DNA from: Malacoraja senta
Taxonomy: Eukaryota
Length of the DNA: 64,000 nucleotides
Assembly (NCBI GenBank): GCA_038087875.1
Contig: CM075989.1
Span: 2,914,001-2,978,000, forward strand
Direction: 5' to 3'
The notes beneath the pieces were generated by a model that saw only the letters and a program-made list of their open reading frames with translations, did not search any database and was not told the DNA's origin. Made by a program: the position numbers and the translations under genes. Position 1 is the first letter of the stretch. Every line of letters starts with the position of its first letter. Shown in pieces: positions 36,840 through 48,869 of this stretch.

Positions 36840-37834
36840 ATGGAGAAAACAACAAGGTGCAGGCGTGCAACGGAAAAGGGGAGAGAGAGCGCAGTCTCTG
36901 AAAGGCAGCCTGTCACCTTTGGGAGTCGCAAGCCGGTAGCGGTGCGGCGACAGACTTGGCACTCCCAAGTGCCCAGCCGGGTACACAGCCAACGCCAGTC
37001 GGGCGGAAGACAAAAGCCAAGTCTGTCAGGCCCATTGACTCGGCAGAGTCGGGCCAGGAAGAGTCCCGTCGGGGACAGGATACCGTGCCCCAGCGGTTAT
37101 CCAAAATGGAGCAGCTCATACAGGGGCTGCTCCACAAAGCCACACTCCAGGAGGAGTTGTGTGGGCGGCAGGCCGTGGGGAAGGCTCCGCCGGCAGTGCC
37201 TAGTAGAGGCCTGCTTGAAAGCACCCTCTTTCAAGAGGTGAGTGCAGAAGGGCAGATAAGCTCTGACACTGAATCCGACGACTTGGAAACGGAGGACAGG
37301 CAGCGGCCAGAGCTGACACCGTGTGCAGCACGGTTTGCCAAGTCGTCGGAAGCTGGTGAGCCTCTGGGTGAGGAAATAGCCACCAGTATTAACTATTTAG
37401 TCTCACACCAGCTACAGGAGCTGACTATGGAGGAGACATTAAAAAAGCATGAAGCCCCAATCAACTGTGCCCTCTTAAAAGTGCCTGTTGTGAACAGGAT
37501 GATTTGGGGCCAGATGGGCATACAAATGCGAGCCCAGGAGGTGAAGCTCCAGCATATTTTAAAATTGCTGGGATCAGGCATAACGAGCTTTGGCAGGATG
37601 GTGGATGGAGAGGCCATGACCAAATTAGAACAAGAGGTGTTGGCGCTATTGTGGAGTGCCCACTTCGAGATTAACTGCCTCCGCAAAGCAGCGATAAGAC
37701 CAACCATAAATCTAAAATATGCTTCACTCTGCCAGCCTGGCACAGTGCAACCGGCAAATCTACTGTTTGGCGAGGATTTCGCAAAGCAGGTGAAAGAGCT
37801 GGAGGGAGGAGGCCAAGACGGTGGGCTTGATTAA
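36840..37834 (+). pseudogene. DIRS ORF1 (gag-like), frameshifted
   Basis: Position in DIRS; PINCALLKVPVVNRMIW and LLFGEDFAKQVKELE motifs; ATG 36840 is out of frame with the 36956 ORF. Confidence 0.75.
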
Positions 37835-37991
37835 GCAACCAGCAGCCACATATCCACTGAAGCGGAAGTATCCCTACAAGAGAGGAGACGGGTCCGGGCA
37901 AGGGACAAGTCGAGCTACTATGCAGCGCAGTTGGCGTTCGGCTCTAGCAGAGCCAGGGAGGGTGTGATATCCAGCTCAAGGCCGGGGAAGG

Positions 37992-39523
37992 ATGCCAGGT
38001 GGTAATGAGGTATGTGGGTCTGGTTCTCATGTAGACAGATCTAAAATAATACAATTAAATGTTGGAGGAAGATTACATCTGTTCTTAGAGGAATGGAAAC
38101 AAATTACCTCAGATATGTTTATACTGAATGTTATTGAAGGGTTTCGAATAGAGTTTAATTCAAATGCTCATTTACCCATCCAACATGTTCCAAAAAGGAG
38201 TTTTGACTTCAGTATCACTGAACAATTGGAAGTTCAGGTGGAACTAGAAAGCTTATGTAATAAAGCAGTAATTGCTAAGGCAGTTTATCAAAGCCAACAG
38301 TTTGTGTCCAATATCTTTCCCAGACCAAAAAAGGATGGGGGAAGCAGAATTATATTGGACCTGACTAGTCTTAACCCTTTTTTACAGTATAGACATTTTA
38401 AGATGGAAATGTTTGTGACGGCTAAGCAACTTGTTTCCAGAGGATGCTATATGGCAACTATAGATCTTAAAGATGCGTATTACTCAGTGTCTGTTCATTT
38501 CCAGGATAGAAGATATTTGAAATTCAGCTGGATGGGGCAATTATGGCAATACAATGCACTGCCTAATGGTTTGTCTTCAGCTCCTAGAGTTTTTACAAAG
38601 TTGTTAAAACCTATTCTAGGCATGATGAGAAGTCAAGGGCATGTGCTCGTGGCTTATTTAGATGATATCTTGATTGTAGGACAATCAAAGTAAACAGCTG
38701 AAGCATCAGTGGCAGTTGTTAAAACCACTTTGCAAAGAGTGGGCTTCATAAACCATCCAGTGAAATCTAAATTAACACCTGTGACACAAATTGACTATTT
38801 GGGTTTCACAATAGACTCAATCAACATGATTGTGACCTTGCCCAGGCAAAAAAAGGGTAGAGCTAATTGAGAGCTGTATCAACTTGATTGCTGACACACA
38901 GCCTTCAATTAGACTGGTGGCTAGTCTGCTTGGGAAATTGGTGGCAGCATTTCCAGCAGTTCAATACAGGCCACTTCATTATCAACAGTTACAAAGGTCA
39001 AAGGAACAAGCACTGATGATACATTTAGGTCATTATAACAGGCCTATGCGTCTATCAGTAGAGGCTGTTGCTGAGGTACAATGGTGGATTCAGCATGTGT
39101 CCACTAGTAGTTCCAAAGTGTTATTGGACCAAACTTCCATGATTTTGCAGACAGATGTCAGTGCACTTGGGTGGGGTGCTACTGATACGAGATCCAGCTG
39201 TGGAGGCAGATGGACTGAGCAAGAGTCATTGCTTCTGCAAACATGGGGAATTAACCATTTAGAGCTTTTAGGAGTATTTTATGGACTCAAGGCTTATTGC
39301 ACTAACAAAACCAGCTTGTATGTGCAGTGCCAAATAGACAACACTACAGCAGTTGCTTATATTAATCACATGGGTGGATTCAAATCGTTATCATGTGACA
39401 GGTTGGCAAATCAAATTTGGACCTGGTGTATAGATAGAGATATTTGGATTTCAGCTGTCTATCTGCCAGGAAAACCCAATATAGTAGCAGATGCCAGGTC
39501 ACGAAAATTCCATGATAATACAG
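37992..39523 (+). pseudogene. DIRS reverse transcriptase / RNase H, disrupted
   Basis: IDLKDAY, LPNGLSSAPRVF, YLDD (38655-38666); in-frame TAA 38691-38693; +1 shift in A7 run 38848-38854; RNase H TDVSALGWG, INHLELLG, DNTTAV, NIVADARSR. Confidence 0.92.
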
Positions 39524-39934
39524 ATGTTGAACCAGGATGTGTTCAAGAACATAGTACTTCAATATGGAAAGCCAGATATCGATTTGTTTGCATCTGGGAT
39601 TAACCACCAACTGCCAAAATATGTGTCATGGGAACCAGATCCAGGGGCAGTCGCAAGTGACGCTTTTTCACTAAATTGGGGAGATATGTTTGTGTACATT
39701 TTCCCACCATTCTGCCTCATAGGTTGGTGTATGCAAAAAATCAAGCAGGATGCCGCTTCAGGGGTGTTGGTGATACCAAATTGGCCAACTCAACCATGGT
39801 TCCCTTTGATGTTACAGATCGCGACACAACCTCTTTTGCTGATTCCAAAGAGAAGGAATTTGCTGGAGCATCCGGTAACGCATGAAGTTCATCCGTTATG
39901 TGATCGTATTGATCTGTTAATTTGCAGGTTTTAA
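39524..39934 (+). pseudogene. DIRS DNA N6-adenine methyltransferase-like (MT) domain
   Basis: PDIDLFAS...DAFSLNW...YIFPPF...VLVIPNWPTQPWF follows RNase H, the known position of the MT domain in DIRS1-group elements; joined by a frameshift near 39523. Confidence 0.8.
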
Positions 39935-39945
39935 GAAGGCCTTAC

Positions 39946-40909
39946 ATGGGTCGAGGACTTTCTAGCCGAACGGTGGATATGCTCACTGCAGCCTGGAGAA
40001 AGAGTACTCAAAAGCAGTATATGACATGTAAAAAAATGGGAACAATATTGTGTTGGAAAGAATATTCAATATGATACTGTCGTTATTGAAAATGTGTTAG
40101 AGTTTTTATCTACACTTTATTATGATGAGGGTCTTAGCTACAGTGCTATCAATTCAGCTAGAAGTGCTTTGTCGGCATATCTTGTAATAGGTACAAGGAC
40201 ACAAAGTATAGATTCTCACCCTCTCATATCTAGGTTGATGAGAGGAATCTTTAATTCCAAACCGCCTAAGCGTAGGTATATGGTTATCTGGGATGTAAGC
40301 GTTGTTCTTAACATGCTTTGTCATTGGGTCCCTGTCACCTCTATAACTTTGTCAAAATTAACCATTAAATTGGCTATGCTAATGGCATTGGTGTCAGGAC
40401 AGAGAGTGCAGACTTTGCAAAAACTTCAGTTAGATAGAATGGAAGTGACTACAGAGAATGTTATGTTTTATATTTATGACCTGCTCAAACAAAGCAGGCC
40501 AGGTGTGACAGGATTTAAGATTGTGTTCTCAGCATATCCTACAGCTCCATGTTTATGTGTAAGGACACATTTGTTACATTACATTGAAGCCATAAGGGCT
40601 TTAAGACAAGAAGAAACAGGATTATTTGTCAGTTACAAGAAGCCACATAAAAGAGTGGCAGTTCAGACTATCTCAAGGTGGTTAAAGCAAGTGTTGGTTC
40701 AGGCAGGAATTAACATTTATGTGTTTACATCTCATTCCACTAGCGCAGTAGCAACATCCGCGGTCAGGGCGATGGACGTTCCCATCGACCATATATTAAA
40801 AGCCGCAGGATGGCAAAATGAACTTGTGTTCCAGCAATACTACCATCGGCCGATTGCCGATGGAAGGCTGTTTGCCAACTCAATATTGAGTGCTGTTGCT
40901 ATTGTTTAA
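39946..40909 (+). pseudogene. DIRS tyrosine recombinase, disrupted
   Basis: YSAINSARSALS, GQRVQTL (catalytic R), HSTS (H-x-x-R with R replaced by S, AGC 40742-40744), AAGW, FQQYY; frameshift in A7 run 40030-40036. Confidence 0.9.
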
Positions 40910-41120
40910 ATTCTGTTTTAAATATTGTTTAATTCTGTTTCGTTTGTTGCCCTAAATTAAGAGGGTTTATTGTTTGTTTTATGTCCAAAAATAAAACTGT
41001 TTTGGTTTTGCATGATATTCAGTGTCATGTTTACAGCATTATTGATGATACTCAGAGTCAATCGATGCAGTGAGAAGCCGGGATATTGATCTGCGGCATA
41101 AAAAGCACAGAGCTTTAAAA

Positions 41121-41232
41121 TCTTCACGTAGTCACTCACGTGACTCCGAAGTAAAATAGTAAGATTAAACGAGAACTTACCAGTTTGAAGTTTGATCTTT
41201 ATTTTATGAGGAGTTACGTTGGTGATTACGTG
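41121..41232. repeat. DIRS internal complementary region (ICR)
   Basis: 41121-41157 = reverse complement of 36632-36668; 41155-41232 = reverse complement of 41385-41462; the two halves overlap by AAT. Confidence 0.95.
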
Positions 41233-41680
41233 CCCGCCACGCCCAACCCTCTCTCATAGAAAAAAGGTCATAATGGTAGTTCTCATGTTGATCATCTTAA
41301 TATGTTACTTCAATTATTGTGTTGTCTGTGATTTCATACCGCTGCTTTGAAGATTGACGCGCATGCGCCCTGACGGGTCTTCTTCACGTAATCACCAACG
41401 TAACTCCTCATAAAATAAAGATCAAACTTCAAACTGGTAAGTTCTCGTTTAATCTTACTATTCATGGTCGGTGCAGACTCGGTGGGCCGAATAGCTTGTT
41501 TCCATGCTGTATCTCAAAACTAATCTAATCTAAACTGGATAGGCTGGGTCTTAATTTCTCCTGGCGTGTAGGATGACCTTATAGAGTTATATAAAGTCAT
41601 GAGAGGCAAGGGACCTGTTTCCATGCTGTATCTTTCAATCAAAGGCTGCGGCAAGAAAAATGTCATTGCTCCTTCTCATA

Positions 41681-42790
41681 TTGAATTGAATTGAATTGAA
41701 TACATTTTATTCGCCAAGTATGTATACATACAAGGAATTTGCCTTGGTGCTTTGCTCGCAAGTAACAACACGATATACAGTAGACAATTTAAAATAAAAT
41801 ATTATAATTTAAACATGTGAGGAATGAAATAAAATACCAGAGCAAAAGGAGGCTACAGACTTTTGGTTGTTGAGTAGAGCTACTGCTCGTGGAAAAAAGC
41901 TGTTTTATGTCTGGCTGTGGCGGCTTTGACAGTCCGGAGTTGCCTTCCAGAGGGAAGTGCTTCAAAGAGTTTGTGGCCAGGGTGAGAGGGGTCAGAGATG
42001 ATCTTACCCGCTCACCTCCTGGCCCTTGCAGTGTACAGTTCGTCGATGGGGGGGAAGGTTGCAGCCAATAACCTCCTCAGCTGATCGGACGACTCGCTGC
42101 AGCCTCCGGATGTTGTGCTTGGTGGCTGAGCCAAACCAGACCATGATGGAGAAGATGAGGACAGGCTCTACGATGGGCATATGGAATTGGACCATCATTG
42201 CCTGTGGCAGATTGTGTTTCCTCAGCTGCCGCAGGAAGTACATCCTCTGTTGTGCCTTTTTGACTGTGGAGTCGATGGTGGCCCCCAATTTAAGGTCCTT
42301 GGAATGATGGTTCCTAGGAACTTAAATGACTCCACAGATGTGACTGTGGTGTTGTTGATGGTGAGTGGGGTGAGGGGAGGAGGAGCTCTCCTAAAGTCTA
42401 CAATCAATTCCACCGTCTAAAGAGCATTGAGCTCCAGGTTGTTGCTGCGGCACCAGGATGCCAGCTGTGTCACTTCCTGTCTGTAGGCAGATTCCTCCCC
42501 ATCCTGGATCAGTCCAATCAGGGTTGTGTCGTCCAGCAAACTTGAGAAGCTTGACAGAGGAGTCTGTGTAGGTGCAGTCGTTGGTGTAGAGAGAGTAGAG
42601 GAGAGGGGAGAGTACGCAGCCTTGCGGTGCTCCTATGCTGAGGGTTTGCGGGTCTGAGATGTGCTTTCCCAGCCTCACATGCTGCTTCCTGTCTGTCAGG
42701 AAGTTGGTGATCCACCGACAGAGGGGTTCAGGCACAGTCAACTGGGAGAGTTTGGAGTGTAGTAGCTCTGGCACAATGGTGTTGAATGCT
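41681..42790 (-). mobile_element. Rex1/Babar-like LINE, 5'-truncated RT relic
   Basis: AFNTIVPELL...GAPQGCVLSPLLYSLYTNDC...KFA; ELIVDFRR; KKAQQRMYFLRQL; (ATTCA)n tail. Confidence 0.85.
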
Positions 42791-42937
42791 GTTGAGTGTT
42801 GAATCATATCTGTTGTAAATGACAAATAAACACTTGGCTCTTGATGCTTGGAGGGATGTGAAGGACAGGCTGGTCCTGATGGTTTTCTGATGTGAGTAGA
42901 TAATGCAAGAATTTTATTTTTCCTTACTGGCGTTGCT

Positions 42938-43207
42938 CAGTTTAGTTTGGTTTAGAGATACAGCACGGAAACAGGCCCTTTAGCCCAGTGAGTCCACACC
43001 GACCGACGATCACTCATACACTTGTTCTATGTTATCCCAGTTTCACATCCTACACACTAGGGAGAATTTACACAAGCCCTGAAAAAACCCACGTGGTCAC
43101 GGGGAGAACGTACAACCTCCGTACAGACAGCACCTGTAGTCAGGATCGAACCCGGATGTCTGGCGCTGTAAGGCAGCAACTCTACCGCTGCGCCAGCGTG
43201 CCGCCCG
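42938..43207 (-). mobile_element. HE1-type SINE
   Basis: tRNA-like head and CR1-like tail on minus strand. Confidence 0.85.
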
Positions 43208-43799
43208 CATCCCTGGAGAGAACGTGGATAGGTGACATTTCGGGTCGGGTCTGTCTGTCTGAAGAAGGGTCCCGACCCCGAAACGTCACCTGTCCATGGT
43301 TCTCCAGAGAGGCTGCCTGACCCGCTGAGTTACTCCAGCACTTTATGCCTTTTTCTGATAACAATTTAGCCAAGCTGACATTTAGTGTGATTAGTAAGTC
43401 ACTGGACAATCTGATGGCATTAAACTGTACAGGAGATGCAATTATTCACATGCTGCCTTGGCAAGTTCTCACACTGCAGTGATGTGTCTTTGTAACTATT
43501 TACTTCAACCTTTCTATTTCTGATTTTTTTATTAGCTGTGGGGATGTGTCAATTTATTTTCTTATCAGCAGTACTTTCTTCTGCAGTTTTAACTGTTCCA
43601 CGACTGGTGATCGGGATAATTCAAACCGCTTGCATCTAGGCAGAGATGCATCTAAAACCCACAACAGTAACAGTTAGCAGCAAAATCTATTAGCCTTCGG
43701 TATCAGTCAGATATCTTCTCAAGGCAGCTGATTCCTGGGTCATTATCCTTCACAGCTTGCTGCTTCGTCTATTGAAACAAAAACAAGGTGTGTTTAATT

Positions 43800-44078
43800 G
43801 CACGGTGGCGCAGCGGTAGAGTTGCTGCCTTACAGCACCAGAGACCCATGTTCAATCCTGACTATGGGTGCTGTCTGTATGGAGTTTGCATGTTCTCCCC
43901 ATGACCTGCATGGGGTTTCTTCGGATGCTCCGGTTTCCTCCCACACTACAAAGACGTACAGGTTTGCAGGCTAATTGGCTTGGTAAAATCGTGTGCGGTG
44001 ATCGCTGGTCGGCGTGTCTGGTTTAAGACCTTGTTTCCGCGCTGTATCTCTAAATAAAAACGAAACCAAACCAAACTA
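43800..44078 (+). mobile_element. HE1-type SINE
   Basis: CACGGTGGCGCAGCGGTAGAG...GTTCAATCC. Confidence 0.88.
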
Positions 44079-44430
44079 AGCTTCCCAGCTGCTATTAGGC
44101 AACTGAATCCACCTACCACAACTAGAGAGTAGTCCTGAACTACTATCTATTTCATTGGTGACCCTCAGACTATCTTTGATCGGACTTTACTGGCTTTATC
44201 TTGCACTAAACATTATTCCCTTATCATGTATCTGTACACTGTGAATGGCACGATTGTAATCATGTATTGTCTTTCCGCTGATTGGTTAGCACGCAACCTT
44301 CGCTCCATAGATGCTGCTGCACCCGCTGAATTTCTCCAGCATTTTTGTCTAGCACGCAACAAAAGCTCTTCACTGTACCTCGGTACATGTGACAATAAAC
44401 TAAACTGAAACTAAACGAAACTAAACGCAA
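44079..44430 (+). mobile_element. Rex1/Babar-like 3' end with small Penelope-derived insert
   Basis: Same sequence as 12188-12500 in opposite orientation; TAGCACGCAAC duplicated around a ~50-nt insert near 44298-44349. Confidence 0.75.
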
Positions 44431-45126
44431 CTCACTGTTTCAAGGAATAATTTGCATCCACCAATTATTCATGCTGGGCACATACCCACTGGAGATCATA
44501 CCATCGTTTAAATATAACACAAAAGTGGGGTCTGAGCCAAACAGCTATTCAATCAGAGTGCTGAGGTTAAACCTTAACACTAAATGACAAACCACCCAGA
44601 GGAATAAATGCAGTTACAAGAATGAAGACAGCACCCACTCACCCCTGCGATCCTCGCTTCTCCACACCAAACCTCTCCTCAGAGTTCCCACTGATGTTGA
44701 GTTAAGAAGACTGCAAAAAGTTGTGGACACTGCCCAGTCCATCATGGATTCTGCCTCCCCACCATCGAAGGGATTTACCGGAGTCACAAACTCCACACAG
44801 ACAGCACCCGTAGTCAGGATTGAACCTGGGTGTCTGGCGCTGTAAGGCAGCAACTCTATCCCTGCGCCACCGTGCTGCCACATTCTTCCATAGTTTAGTG
44901 ATTCCAACGTGCCCTTTCCCAGTCTGGTTCTAACAGCTGCTCTCGTAGCTGGGCCCGATACCAAACTCTCACTCCCAAACCCTACGGTCTGAAATTCACT
45001 GCTCTCCTCCAGTCCACACAATAGACAATAGGTGCAGGAGTAGGCCGTTCGGCCCTTCGAGCCAGCACCGCCTGGATCTTCTCTCCATCTCTCGCCTTTG
45101 CAGCAACCACAGTGGGTACTGCTGCT

Positions 45127-46050
45127 TAGTTTTTAGTTTATTTTAGAGATACAGTGCGGAAACAGGCCCTTAGACCCACCAAGTCCGCACCGACCAGCGA
45201 TCCCCGCACATTAACACTATCTTACATAAGGAACAAGTTTTACATTTCTACCAAGCCAATTAACCTTCAAACCTGTACCTCTTTGGAGTGTGCGAGGAAA
45301 CCGAAGTTCTTGGAGAACATCCATGCAGATCACGGGGAGAATGTACAAACTCCATACAGACAGCGTCCCTGGTCGGGATCAAACCCGGGTCTATGGCGCT
45401 GGAAGCGCTATAAAGGGCCTGTCCCACTTGGCCGTCATTTGCGTCTCATTTACGCGTCATATGTAAAATAGGTCGAGGCGTCGTGATGCGTGGGGTGCGC
45501 GTGGGTGATGCACGCATTGCGTATGGTGAGGCGTGGAATCACATGCAGTGGCGAGCGGTATCGTGCGGCGCTCCAGGATTTCGTAGTGTGATGCATGTGT
45601 AGCTGACGCATTGGCTACGCACGCTGTATCGGGTGGTGACGCATGGTTACGTCACCTTGCGTCAACGTCCGTAAACATGCGACGCCACGCGACGCCCATA
45701 CGCAGTCGGCCCGCCTTTTACGCGTCATGTAACCTCTAACCTCGTCCACACAGTCCTCTTCCTGGGTTTCTTGCTAGCCTTTCTTGTTGTACTCCAGCCT
45801 GGCTGATCTGTAAGTATGAGGGCTGCTGCTGTTGCTGTGGCAATAACATCTGTAGTTCTTCCATGATGGTCACGATGCAGAATAGGGAAGCAGGGTATTC
45901 TATTGACGTCACGCGCACCAGACGCACGATGACGCGTGATTTGCGCGCGTTCACGACGCGTCGACCTATTTTACATATGACCCGTAAATGAGGCGCAAAT
46001 GACGGCCAAGTGGGACAGGCCCTTTAGGCAGCAACTCTACCGCTGCACCA
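45127..46050 (-). mobile_element. HE1-type SINE split by a Harbinger-like MITE
   Basis: Empty site GCGCTA-TAA-GGCAGCAACTCTACC matches other SINE copies. Confidence 0.85.
45414..46023. mobile_element. PIF/Harbinger-like MITE with 73-bp TIRs
   Basis: 45414-45486 vs 45951-46023 inverted with about 3 mismatches; flanks TAA / TTA. Confidence 0.9.
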
Positions 46051-47194
46051 CACATTGCCGCTGTCTGGCTGAGGCACATAGTAGGTCTTTACAACCAGCG
46101 CCTTCTTTAACTGTTGTGCAATGAAGTGTCTGCAGCTGTGCTGCGATCACTTTGTAACTGTCGATGCCCTCTACGTGGCGACCCTTTGCATACCTTGTGC
46201 ATGGTGTTCAAAACAAGGAATTTGACTGTGACAAGTCCTACGTTATAATAATAAAGTATCAATCAATCTTATCAGGAATCGCAAAACTCTCATTTTATTG
46301 CACGCTCCTGGGGAGAGTGTTGGTGATTTTCCACATGTTTTTTGGCTAATGTCATTATTATTTCAAGGCCACTCCACGAGGATTAATGCTACATGCAACA
46401 GCAGTTTAGCACATCAGAACTAAAAGAGCAAAAACCATTTTCCTTTTTGTTAACATCTGACATTTATAGAAATAATATAAGGTACAAGCATTTGGAGCAC
46501 AAGTTGTTATAACAAAACATATATTTTACAGATATTCATTATGTCCTTCCAAACAGCTTCCCATACACGGAATTATGTTTAAAGTACATCTATTGGTGCG
46601 GCAGACACAAGCGCAGCCCAGGGGCATTGCAGCAAAATGGTTATGATCATCAAAGGATCCAGAGGCACGGGTTCAAATCCCACAGTGGGAGGTGAGGAGT
46701 TTACATTTATTTAGTTAAATAAATCTAGAATAAAAGAGGTAGTCTGAGAAACTACTGTATTGTTATAAGGTCATAAGGAATAGGAGTAGAATTAGGCTGT
46801 TTGGCCCATCAAGTCTACTCCGCCATTCAATCATGGCTGATCTCTCCCTCCTAACCCCATTAGAAACATAGAAACATCGAAAATAGGTGCAGGAGGAGGC
46901 CCTTCGGCCCTTCGAGCCAGCACCGCCATTCATTGCGATCATGGCTGATCGTCCCCAATCAATAACCCGTGCCTGCCTTCTCCCCATATCCCTTGATTCC
47001 ATTCTCCTGCCTTCTCCCCATAACCTCTGACACCTGTACTAATCACGAATCTATCTATCTCCACCTTATTAAAAACCTTAAAAGCGAATTGGAGAAAAAA
47101 AAATGTACAGCTTTCACTGTGTCAGGGGTATAAGTGTCTCCTTGCCCACAGCAATGCAATCACATCTGAAGTAACCCAGTCACTCAGTTCAGAC

Positions 47195-47750
47195 GTGGAT
47201 GGTTTTCTCTGGAACGCCAGAGGCTGAGGGGAGATCTAACAGAAGAATATTAAATTATGAGAGGTGTAGATAGGGTAGACAGTCAGAACCTTTTTCCCAG
47301 GGAGGAAGTGTCAAAAAACTAGAGGGCGGAGCTTTAAGGCGAGAGGGTCAAAGTTAGAGAAGATATACGGGGCGGGGTTTGTACACAGAGGGTGGTGAGT
47401 GCCTGGAACGCTGCTAGGGGTGGTGGTGGAGGCAGATACAATAGTGGCATTAAAGAGGCTTTCAGATAGGCACAGGGATAAGTAGGGAATAGAGGGATAT
47501 GAATCATGGGCAGGCAGATGAGACCAGAATCTTGGCATCATATTAGATAGATAGATTCTTGATTAGTACGGGCATCAGAGGTTATGGGGAGAAGACAGGA
47601 GAATGGGGTTAGGCGGGAGCAGCCATAATTGAATGGTGGAGTAGACTTGATGGGCCGAATGGACTAATTCTGCTCCTATCACTTATGAACATATTGGGCA
47701 TGTACATTGTGGGCAGAAGGGCCTGTTTGTGTGCTGTGCTGTTCTATGTT
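47195..47750 (+). mobile_element. Degraded CR1 3' fragments
   Basis: GAGGCTGAGGGGAGATCTAACAGAAG...CACAGAGGGTGGTGAGTGCCTGGAACG and UTR tails. Confidence 0.75.
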
Positions 47751-48049
47751 CTGAATGCAGGTAAGGTTGGTTGCATTATGTGTAAAGAGAGATTCCACAC
47801 CCAGCAATGATCAATAATCTGATCAATAATCTGATTGTGGTGGGCTTTAGCTTCACATTACGGTATTGGATAGAAAACTGCACGGAATTCCTGCTCAACT
47901 TCGACTTGGGCAAATTAGGACTTTATTCCTTGGAGAGCAGGAGACTGAGGGGGGGTATAACTTATAGAAGTATATAAAATCATGAGGGGAAAAGATAGGG
48001 TAAATTCACAGAGTCCTGTACTCAGGGTAGGGGAATCAAGAACCAGACA

Positions 48050-48869
48050 ACCGATCGCATGGGATCCAAGGAAAAATAGCTGAATGGATAGCATTTTGGC
48101 TCCATTGAAGGAAGCAGAGGGTGATGGTAGAAGGTTGCTTCTCAGATTGGAGGCCTGTGACTAGAGGTGTGCCTCAGGGTTCGGTGCTGGGCCCGTTACT
48201 GTTTGTCATCTACATCAATGATTTGGATGAGAACCTACAGGACAAGATTAACAGGTTTGCTGATGATACAAAAGTTAGTGGTTTTGCAGATAGTGAAGAT
48301 TGTTGTGAAAGATTGCAGCAGGATCTGGATCGATTGGCCAGGTGGGCGGAGGAATGGTTGATGGAATTTAATACAGAGAAGTGTGAGGTGTTGCATTTTG
48401 GGACGTCGAACAAGGGCAGGACCTACACAGTGAATGGTAGGCCTCTGGGTAGTGTTGTAGTGCAGAGGGATCTAGGAGTACAGGTGCATGGTTCCATGAA
48501 GGTTGAGTCGCAGGTAGATAAGGTGGTCAAAAAGACTTTCGGCACTTTGGCCTTCATCAGTCAGAGTATTGAGTATAGAAGTTGGGAGGTCATGTTGCAG
48601 TTGTATAAGACATTGGTGAGACCGCATTTAGAATATTGTGTTCAGTTCTGGGCACCATGTTATAGGAAAGATATTGTCAAGCTTGAAATGGTTCTGAAAA
48701 GATTTACAAGGATATTGCCAGGGCTAGAGGGTGTGAGCTATAGTAGCTATATACAGGATTGAGTAGGCTGGGTCTCTACACCAAGGAACGCAGAGGTATA
48801 TAAGATCATGAGAAGTATACTGTAGATCGGGTAGATGCACAGTGTCTTTTGCCCAGAGTAGGGGAATCG
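48050..48869 (+). mobile_element. CR1 RT fragment running into the gap
   Basis: GVPQGSVLGPLLFVIYINDLD...FADDTK...[19 protein letters not shown]. Confidence 0.92.

Larger units (their letters stand above)
36632..41462 (+). mobile_element. Full-length DIRS1-like tyrosine-recombinase retrotransposon inserted in an HE1-type SINE
   Basis: ITR 36659-36694 / 41355-41390; ICR 41121-41232 complementary to both termini; ATT at both ends; gag-RT-RH-MT-YR order; empty site restores SINE GGTG-ATT-CATGGTCGG. Confidence 0.95.

Noticed and set aside
38691..38693. Programmed readthrough or frameshifting in DIRS pol
   Set aside because: The stop falls inside the RT domain just after YLDD and co-occurs with several other lesions; decay or sequencing error is simpler.
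40094..40909. Phage integrase suggesting prophage or bacterial contamination
   Set aside because: Embedded in a canonical DIRS structure inserted in a vertebrate SINE.
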